Shown piece after piece: positions 57,491 to 64,000 of a DNA stretch of 64,000 nucleotides. Position numbers and translations under genes: made by a program. The stretch is from Nitrospirota bacterium. GTDB lineage: Bacteria > Nitrospirota > Nitrospiria > 2-01-FULL-66-17. The stretch lies in assembly GCA_049325335.1 (NCBI GenBank), contig JBMOMC010000043.1, forward strand, positions 277,852-341,851, in the 5' to 3' direction. Numbering within the stretch: position 1 is the stretch's first letter; the number at the start of each line of letters is the position of its first letter. The notes under the pieces are model-generated. The model ran no database searches and was not told the origin of the DNA. It saw only the letters and a list, made by a program, of their open reading frames with translations.

Positions 57491-59449
57491 TCACGCCCGA
57501 CCCTTGGACGGTTGCGCGGTGGATGGACCGGCGACCCGCGCGCGAATTTCGGTCTCGATGTGGTCCGCCACGGCCGCGACCGCTTGGGCCGGCAATTCTT
57601 GCCCGTCGCGCCGGCGCACCGACACGGTGCCGGCCGCGGCTTCGCGATCGCCGAGCACCAGCATGTAGGGAATCTTGGCCAATTGGGCTTCGCGGATCTT
57701 GAGACCGATCTTTTCGTTGCGGCCGTCGAGCTCGGCGCGGATGCCGCGGCCGGCGAGCGCCGCGAGGACCTCGCGCGCATAGGGGTGCACGCGGTCCGCG
57801 ATGGGCAACACAATGGCCTGCGTGGGCGCGAGCCACGTGGGGAACGCGCCGCCGTAGTGCTCGATCAACACGCCGAGGAACCGTTCTAGCGAGCCCAACA
57901 ATGCGCGGTGGATCATGATGGGCTGGTGGTCCTTATCGTCCTCGCCCTTGTAGTGCAGGCCGAACCGATCCGGGAAGTTGAAGTCCACCTGGATCGTGGC
58001 GCACTGCCACGAGCGCCGCAGCATGTCCTTGATCTTAATGTCGATCTTCGGTCCGTAGAACACGCCCTCGCCAGGATCAACCTGATACGGCAAGCCCTTG
58101 GCGCGCAACGCGCCTTCCAGCGCCGACGTGGCTAGGTCCCAGCGCTCCAAGGCGCCCACGTATTTTTCGGGCCGGGTGGAAAGGTAAATGTCGTACTCCG
58201 GGAACCCGAAGGTGGTCAGGATCGTGGTTACGAAGTCGAGCACGTTGGTGATTTCGTGCTGCAACTGGTCGGGCCGGCAGAAGAGGTGCGCGTCGTCCTG
58301 CGTGAATCCTCGCACGCGCATCAGGCCGTGCAACACGCCGGAGCGCTCGAAGCGATACACCGTGCCCAGCTCGGCGAATCGCACCGGCAAATCGCGATAG
58401 CTGCGCGGTCGTGACTTGTAGACCATGATGTGGAACGGGCAGTTCATGGGTTTGAGTTCGTACTCCACGCCCTCCACGTCCATGGGGGTGAACATATTGT
58501 CGCGGTAAAAATCCACGTGTCCGCTGCGCCGCCACAGATCCAGTTTGGCCACGTGCGGGCTGTAGACCATGTCGTACCCCGCGCGGTCGTGTTCGTTGCG
58601 CCAGAAATCTTCGATGGTGCGGCGGATGCGCGCGCCCTTGGGGTGCCAGAGCACCAAGCCGGGACCGACCTCGTCGGTCATGGAGAAGAGGTCCAGGTCT
58701 CGGCCCAACTTGCGGTGGTCGCGGCGCTTGGCTTCTTCCAGCCGGGCCAGGTGCGCGTCCAACTCCTCACGCGTGGGGAACGAGGTGCCGTAGATGCGTT
58801 GCAGCATCCGGTTCTTCTCGTCCCCCCGCCAATACGCGCCGGCCAATGTGGTGAGCTTAAAGTGCGCGACTCCGGCTGTGGTGGAGAGGTGCGGGCCTTC
58901 GCACAGGTCGATGAATTCGCCCTGTTTGTACAAACTGACCGTGGGATCCGGGATGCCTTCGATAATTTCGACCTTATAAGGCTCGCCGCGATCGCGGAAG
59001 AACCGGATGGCCTCAGCTTTCGATAGTTCTTGACGTTCGATCGTGAACGCGGTGCGGGCCAGCTCCTGCATCAACGCTTCGATCTTCTCCAGATCTTCCG
59101 GCGTGAGCGGCCGGTCATAATCAAAGTCGTAATAGAACCCGTCCTCGATGGCCGGGCCGATCGCGAGCTTGATGCCGGGGAACAGGCGTTTGACCGCCTG
59201 CGCCATCAAGTGCGCGGAGCTGTGGCGAAACACTTCGCGGCCTTCGGCGCTGTCGAAGGAGAGCGGTTCCACCCGTGCGTCGCGATGCAACGGGGCGTAC
59301 AAGTCCGCCACGCGGCCATCCACCTTGAGCGCGATGGTCCGACTCCGATGCGCGGAGTCCAACCCGTTGATCACGGTCTGCGGGGTCACCCCGGCCGGAA
59401 ACGAACGGCTCGTGTGATCTGGAAAGGTCAGGACTATTTCAGACGACAT
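57491..59449 (-). CDS. thrS: Threonyl-tRNA synthetase
   Basis: TGS domain, HSSAHLMAQA, DLCEGPH, KPMNCP, RVRGFTQDD. Confidence 0.98.
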   Translation of the reverse strand: MSSEIVLTFPDHTSRSFPAGVTPQTVINGLDSAHRSRTIALKVDGRVADLYAPLHRDARVEPLSFDSAEGREVFRHSSAHLMAQAVKRLFPGIKLAIGPAIEDGFYYDFDYDRPLTPEDLEKIEALMQELARTAFTIERQELSKAEAIRFFRDRGEPYKVEIIEGIPDPTVSLYKQGEFIDLCEGPHLSTTAGVAHFKLTTLAGAYWRGDEKNRMLQRIYGTSFPTREELDAHLARLEEAKRRDHRKLGRDLDLFSMTDEVGPGLVLWHPKGARIRRTIEDFWRNEHDRAGYDMVYSPHVAKLDLWRRSGHVDFYRDNMFTPMDVEGVEYELKPMNCPFHIMVYKSRPRSYRDLPVRFAELGTVYRFERSGVLHGLMRVRGFTQDDAHLFCRPDQLQHEITNVLDFVTTILTTFGFPEYDIYLSTRPEKYVGALERWDLATSALEGALRAKGLPYQVDPGEGVFYGPKIDIKIKDMLRRSWQCATIQVDFNFPDRFGLHYKGEDDKDHQPIMIHRALLGSLERFLGVLIEHYGGAFPTWLAPTQAIVLPIADRVHPYAREVLAALAGRGIRAELDGRNEKIGLKIREAQLAKIPYMLVLGDREAAAGTVSVRRRDGQELPAQAVAAVADHIETEIRARVAGPSTAQPSKGRA

Positions 59450-59525
59450 ACGCAGACGACATACGCATTCCTAATACGTTTGATGATTGTCATCACCACG
59501 TGGTGGTGGGGCGACAACGTGTAAA

Positions 59526-59600
59526 TGGTAGGCACGGGCGGTCTTGAACCGCCGACCTCTACCGTGTCAAGGTAGCGCTCTCCCCCTGAGCTACGTGCCT
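59526..59600 (-). tRNA. tRNA-Val(GAC)
   Basis: AGGCACGTAGCTCAG...CTACC-TTGACAC-GGTAG...GGTTCAAGA...GTGCCT-A-CCA cloverleaf. Confidence 0.97.
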
Positions 59601-59667
59601 GTCCTGCCGAGAAAGTGATGATCGTACGCAATGACTTTGAATGTTGTCAAGCGGTCGGGGTGACGTG

Positions 59668-59703
59668 CGAGCGGCCGCGGCGGAGGTCCGCCGCGGCCGC
59701 TCG
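59668..59703. terminator. Perfect GC-rich hairpin downstream of hup
   Basis: CGAGCGGCCGCGGCGG-AGGT-CCGCCGCGGCCGCTCG; no U-tract. Confidence 0.5.
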
Positions 59704-59745
59704 AAAGCCATCAATCCCGCGGTCTGACGCGGGGGGGGCGACTCG

Positions 59746-60018
59746 TCAACGAATAGCGGATTTAAAGGTCTTCCCGGCGGAGAATCGCGGAACCTTGGTA
59801 GCCGCGATTTTAATGGCCTCGCCGGTGCGCGGATTGCGCCCGATCCGCGCCTTGCGCTTGGACACCGCGAAGGTGCCGAATCCGACCAACGAGACGCGCT
59901 GGCCCTTCTTGAGCGCGCCCGTGATGCCCGCCACCATGGCGCCCAGCGCCTTCGTGGCGGAGGTTTTGGAGATACCCGCGGTGTCAGCCATCCGGTCGAT
60001 CAATTCTGCTTTGGTCAT
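59746..60018 (-). CDS. hup: DNA-binding protein HU
   Basis: MTKAELI...LVGFGTF...GRNPRTG...PRFSAGK. Confidence 0.97.
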   Translation of the reverse strand: MTKAELIDRMADTAGISKTSATKALGAMVAGITGALKKGQRVSLVGFGTFAVSKRKARIGRNPRTGEAIKIAATKVPRFSAGKTFKSAIR

Positions 60019-60135
60019 GCGTCCCTCCTGGTCCGAGTGTGATGGTGAGCGTTCCCGTTGCCCGATCCCACGTCCCTCGTGGCTCCGCGGCGCGTCCAGA
60101 CGCGGCGCGCGGACCCGCATACCGAAAGTGGCGGC

Positions 60136-60219
60136 AGAATAGCAAGGTCGCGCGAGCCCTGTCAAGCGAGAAACGGCTTCCCGGTTACATTTACATTGCC
60201 CAGAGTCGCTGCGTATAAT
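60136..60219. promoter_or_regulatory. Divergent hup and rnpB promoters
   Basis: Minus strand TTGACA-18-TATTCT; plus strand TTTACA-18-TATAAT. Confidence 0.65.
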
Positions 60220-60227
60220 TCCGTCGC

Positions 60228-60613
60228 ACGCCAGAGCGGGCCGGATGATCGCTCCGGTTTGACCGGAGAGGAAAGTCCGAACTCCGAAGGGCAGGGCGCT
60301 CCGTAACGCGGAGGCCTCGTGAGGGGACGGAAAGTGCCACAGAAAACAAACCGCCTGGTCGGGCGACCAACCAGGTAAGGGTGAAACGGTGGGGTAAGAG
60401 CCCACCGCCCCGAGGGTGACCAAGGGGGCACGGTAAACCCCGCCCGGAGCAAGACCAAATAGGAGGACATGCTCCCTTCGGGGAGTAAAGGGTGGCCCGC
60501 CCGAGTCCTCGGGTCAGGTCGCATCGAGGCCGCGGGTAACCGCGGCCCCAGAGAAATGATCATCACTCGCCGGAAGGCGGGCACAGAATTCGGCTTATGG
60601 CGCGCTCTGGCGT
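60228..60613 (+). ncRNA. rnpB: RNase P RNA, class A
   Basis: GAGGAAAGTCC, GGAAAGTGCCACAGAAA, GGTGAAACGG, GGTAAACCCC, CAGAATTCGGCTTAT; P1 ACGCCAGAGCG/CGCTCTGGCGT. Confidence 0.98.
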
Positions 60614-60736
60614 CTGGCCATCGATACGGGGCGACTGCGGCGTTGTCGCTTCGGGGTCGCGTCCTCACGTACGATACAGTACGTTCCGGCGCGGCCCCTC
60701 GCTCCGCCTTGCATTCGCCGCCGTCTCGATGGTCAG
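60614..60736. repeat. ~120-nt structured interspersed element, copy D
   Basis: Same core motifs; abuts the rnpB 3' end. Confidence 0.85.
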
Positions 60737-60774
60737 CCGGCGCAACTGAGCGCTGGAGGGTCAATACCAATAAG

Positions 60775-62211
60775 ATGCGAGATCAGAGACACAGCGTGAG
60801 TTCCCGGCGGCCGCCACAGTATCAGGGGGCGGCGCTGCTGGCGGATCCGATCCACGGGTACATTACGTTTACGGTGCCCAAGGACGGGGACGACGCGCGC
60901 GAGGCGACCGAGAAGGATCTGATCGACACGCCGTGGGTGCAGCGGCTGCGGTACGTGTACCAGCTCCAAAGCGCGCGGTGGGTGTTCCCCTCGGCCGAGC
61001 ACACGCGCTTCGTGCACTCGATCGGCGCCATGCACGTGGCGGGGCGCTTTGCCACGCACCTCTATCCGTCGCTCAAGGCCGCGGTGCCGGATTGCCCGTC
61101 TGCGGCCTACATCGAGGAACTGATGCGGGTGACCGCGTTGCTGCACGACGTGGGGCACGGCCCGTTCTGTCACTTCTTCGACGACAATTTTCTCGACCGT
61201 TTCGCCGTGACGCACGAGGTGATCGGCCGGCGGATCGTGGTGGACGAGTTGGGCGCCGTGATCCGCCGCATCCGCCGTAGCCCCCACGGATCGTTCGCGC
61301 CCCGCGAGGTGTTGGACCCCGAGCACATTGGGTTTCTCATCTGCAAACATCGCGACCATGACCGCGCCAAGTACCCCACGTGGCTGCAATTTCTCCAACC
61401 CATGATCGCGGGGATCTACACCGCAGACAACCTCGACTACGTGCTACGAGACGCGTACATGTGCGGGGTGGCGATCGGTCCGGTGGACTTGGATCGGTTG
61501 ATCCATTACACGTTCTTCACGGACCAGGGCTGGACCCTGCATCGCGCGGGCTGCTCCGCGCTCACCATGTTCCTCAACGCGCGATTGTACCTGTACACCA
61601 ACGTGTACTATCACCGCACCACCCGTGCGATCGACCTGCACTTGCGCGATCTGTTCACCGAAACCATGGGGTTGATTTTTCCGCACAACCCGCTGGATAA
61701 GATGGACGCGTATCTCGGGCTGACGGACTGGTCATTGCTCGAAGAGGTTCGTTCGTGGCCGCGCGCCGCGGGCAAGATCAAACGACGGTTGGGCGAAGGG
61801 TGGCGCAAGATCTTGCAGCGCGAGGTGATGTGGAAGATGGCGTACGATGCCACGCTGTCCTTGCGCGAGCCCGGGCGCGGGCAGACCTTCATCACCCAAG
61901 AGGCGTTGGAGGACGGCATTCGCGCCGCGTTGCCGACCAAACTCAAGTCATTGGACTTCCGCGTGGACCTGGCGTATCAGGACCCCCGTCCCATCAACCC
62001 GCTGCGCATGGGCGGCAAGCAGATCTACGTGTACAACCCGTCCTCGCGGTTGGTGTCCAAGGAACCGCTCCAGGAATTCCTGGATTTCATCCCTGCCCAA
62101 CTGGTGCAGTGCCGGATCTTCGCGAAGGATCACGCGCATGACCTGGAACTGACGGCGATCGCGGAAAAAGTGTTGGGCCAGGAGGGAGCGCATATCAAGA
62201 CGAACGTGTAG
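60775..62211 (+). CDS. HD-domain phosphohydrolase (SAMHD1/dNTPase-like)
   Basis: DPIHG, QRLR..YQL, HTRFVHSIG, LLHDVGHGPF, ADNLDYVLRD, VYYHR. Confidence 0.9.
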   Translation: MRDQRHSVSSRRPPQYQGAALLADPIHGYITFTVPKDGDDAREATEKDLIDTPWVQRLRYVYQLQSARWVFPSAEHTRFVHSIGAMHVAGRFATHLYPSLKAAVPDCPSAAYIEELMRVTALLHDVGHGPFCHFFDDNFLDRFAVTHEVIGRRIVVDELGAVIRRIRRSPHGSFAPREVLDPEHIGFLICKHRDHDRAKYPTWLQFLQPMIAGIYTADNLDYVLRDAYMCGVAIGPVDLDRLIHYTFFTDQGWTLHRAGCSALTMFLNARLYLYTNVYYHRTTRAIDLHLRDLFTETMGLIFPHNPLDKMDAYLGLTDWSLLEEVRSWPRAAGKIKRRLGEGWRKILQREVMWKMAYDATLSLREPGRGQTFITQEALEDGIRAALPTKLKSLDFRVDLAYQDPRPINPLRMGGKQIYVYNPSSRLVSKEPLQEFLDFIPAQLVQCRIFAKDHAHDLELTAIAEKVLGQEGAHIKTNV

Positions 62212-62306
62212 TGCGCTCACAGCAGACACCTTGCCGAAGAACCCCCTGTAAGTGGCCATGAGTTGGTGGCTCGCCCGCCGAAGATAAAACCGCACCCCAC
62301 GCCATT

Positions 62307-62342
62307 CCCTCCCCCTCAAGGGGGGAGGGTGAGGGAGGGGGT
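62307..62342. repeat. BoxC-like CCCTCCCCC/GGGGGAGGG palindromic element
   Basis: CCCTCCCCCTCAAGGGGGGAGGGTGAGGGAGGGGGT. Confidence 0.6.
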
Positions 62343-63105
62343 GGCCGTGGTTTTGTCTGAGCATCTGGGTCCTGCAAGCCGTCAGCGTAACCCCGTCAGT
62401 CTTGCCCGCGCGCTCTCCAAACTGGGCGTGACTTCGCGCAGCCAGGCGCGCGAGTGTATTGAGGCGGGCCGCGTGTCAGTGGATGGGCGGGTGGTGCGGG
62501 ATCCCGAACGGAGGATCGATCTCGATCGTGTCCGGCTGGCGGTGGATGGCGCGCCGGTTGCGGCGAGCGCTCGGGTGTATCTGGCGCTCCATAAACCCAA
62601 GGGCGTGGTCACCACGCGATCCGATGAACATGGACGTAAAACTGTTTACGATGTCATCGCCAGGGCCGACATCGCTGATGCGCGATGGGTGGCGCCGGTC
62701 GGGCGGTTGGATCGGGACAGCTCAGGCCTGTTGCTGCTGACCAACGACATGCAATGGGGCGCCGGGATCAGCGCTCCGGAATCAGCCGTCACCAAGACGT
62801 ATCACGTGCGCGTGCTGCCCCGGATCACTCCCGAACACCTCACGCGTCTGTCCGCGCCCATGTCCAAGGACTTCGGTCCCCCGATTGCGGTGTCGGTGGT
62901 GCGCGAGTCCCCACGCGGCACGTGGCTAGAGATCGCCTTGGTCGAGGGCAAGAACCGCGAAATCCGCCGCATGTGCGCGCGCCTGGGCTATCGCGTGGAC
63001 GCGCTGGTGCGCATTCGAATCGGCCCGGTGGCGCTCGGCGATGTAAAGCCCGGTGAGATCCGCCGGTTGACGGCGCGGGAAGTGGCGTCGCTACGAAGTC
63101 GGTGA
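62341..63105 (+). CDS. RsuA/RluB-family pseudouridine synthase with S4 domain
   Basis: HKPKG, PVGRLDRDSSGLLLLTND, EGKNREIRRM; start uncertain. Confidence 0.92.
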   Translation: MAVVLSEHLGPASRQRNPVSLARALSKLGVTSRSQARECIEAGRVSVDGRVVRDPERRIDLDRVRLAVDGAPVAASARVYLALHKPKGVVTTRSDEHGRKTVYDVIARADIADARWVAPVGRLDRDSSGLLLLTNDMQWGAGISAPESAVTKTYHVRVLPRITPEHLTRLSAPMSKDFGPPIAVSVVRESPRGTWLEIALVEGKNREIRRMCARLGYRVDALVRIRIGPVALGDVKPGEIRRLTAREVASLRSR

Positions 63106-63110
63106 AGTCG

Positions 63111-63911
63111 TTAGGGCCACGTAACTACTGGCGGCATCGACATCAAAATCGCCTCCACGTCGCCCTTGGTCTTCAAGCCAAACAACGTACCGCGGTCGTA
63201 GATCAGATTAAATTCCACGTAGCGGCCCCGGCGTTGAAGCTGGTGTTGGCGCTGTTCGGGGGTGAACGGGAGGTTCTTGCGGCGGCGCACGATTTCCGGG
63301 TAAATGCTCGCGAAAGTGTCGCCCACGTCCCGCACAAAGGCAAACAGGGTTTCGACCGGCCGGTCGTTGATATAGTCGAAGAAAATGCCGCCCACGCCGC
63401 GCGGTTCGTTGCGATGGGGTAGGAAGAAGTACTCGTCGCACCATTTCTTGAATCGCGGGTAGTAGTTCGGGTCGTGGCGGTCGCACGCGCGCTGCAAGGC
63501 CGCGTGGAAGTCCCGGGTGTCCTCCTCGAACGGGTAGTAGGGCGTCAAATCGGTTCCACCCCCGAACCACCACCGGTCCATCTCAAGATATCGCACGTTC
63601 ATATGGACCGCCGGGACCAAGGGATTGGCCATGTGCGCGACCAGTGACACGCCCGTGGCAAAGAACTCGGTGGTCTGGCTTTGGAGCTTGGCCGCCATGT
63701 CCGGTTCCATGTCGCCCCAGACCGTGGAGCAGTTCACGCCGACCTTTTCGAACACTGTGCCGCGCATCACGGACATGACCCCGCCGCCACCGCCGCCTTC
63801 GCGTTGCCACGCCCGTTGTTCGAACTTGGCGGTGTCCAAGGACGCGAACGCGCCGCAAATCCGGTCGCGAAGGTCCTGGGTGTAGCGTTCCATGTCTTGT
63901 CGCATGGTCAT
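63111..63911 (-). CDS. hemF: Oxygen-dependent coproporphyrinogen III oxidase
   Basis: FEKVGVN, HMNVRY, WFGGGTDLTP, RGRYVEFNLIYDRGTLFGL. Confidence 0.96.
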   Translation of the reverse strand: MTMRQDMERYTQDLRDRICGAFASLDTAKFEQRAWQREGGGGGGVMSVMRGTVFEKVGVNCSTVWGDMEPDMAAKLQSQTTEFFATGVSLVAHMANPLVPAVHMNVRYLEMDRWWFGGGTDLTPYYPFEEDTRDFHAALQRACDRHDPNYYPRFKKWCDEYFFLPHRNEPRGVGGIFFDYINDRPVETLFAFVRDVGDTFASIYPEIVRRRKNLPFTPEQRQHQLQRRGRYVEFNLIYDRGTLFGLKTKGDVEAILMSMPPVVTWP

Positions 63912-64000
63912 GACGAACCTCTTCCGGAAGATATCCGAGTCGGCATTATAGGCCGCGCGCGCCGCGCGAGGCAAGTTAGCCGTTGGAGGTACGCTAGTGC

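Noticed and set aside
59487..59517. tRNA-mimic operator or T-box upstream of thrS
   Set aside because: A hairpin containing CGT exists, but loop geometry does not match an anticodon arm and there is no T-box consensus; it may simply terminate the tRNA transcript.
59526..59600. tRNA-Val as an integration site
   Set aside because: No duplicated 3' end and no integrase nearby.
41628..60736. The four repeats as a CRISPR array or integron attC array
   Set aside because: Dispersed over 19 kb among housekeeping genes; no spacers, cas genes or integrase; no RYYYAAC/GTTRRRY ends.
62212..62362. MITE between the HD gene and the pseudouridine synthase
   Set aside because: Terminal complementarity is only partial and there is no second copy; only the BoxC-like core is reported.

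Overview
A GC-rich bacterial chromosomal segment; gene content is compatible with a Nitrospirota/Nitrospiria-like diderm, but that is inference only. Housekeeping content: argD-F-G-H, lptM, lysA-dapF-dapA-dapB, thrS-infC-rpmI-rplT, pheST, zapA-6S RNA-rny-ymdB-xseA-rlmI, hup, rnpB, tRNA-Val(GAC), hemF, and a PhoB/PhoR-like pair with uppP. Two small accessory patches (about 19.2-22.3 kb and 51.5-52.7 kb) carry nucleases and intact or decayed toxin-antitoxin genes. Most notable observations: (1) four copies of a ~120-nt interspersed hairpin element with freely covarying stems and invariant loop motifs; (2) a c-di-GMP-I riboswitch with a readable terminator/antiterminator (predicted OFF switch) ahead of an unknown 846-aa lipoprotein; (3) a catalytically degenerate GAF-GGDEF protein that keeps its RxxD site, upstream of cell-division and RNA-decay genes; (4) EndoQ coupled to a minimal UvrD-like helicase, both ending in clamp-binding-like motifs; (5) archaeal/eukaryotic-type PheRS facing rplT; (6) non-AUG starts (rny ATT, infC ATC, glycerate kinase CTG) and several apparently leaderless genes. 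All calls are by eye from the sequence; no database searches were run.
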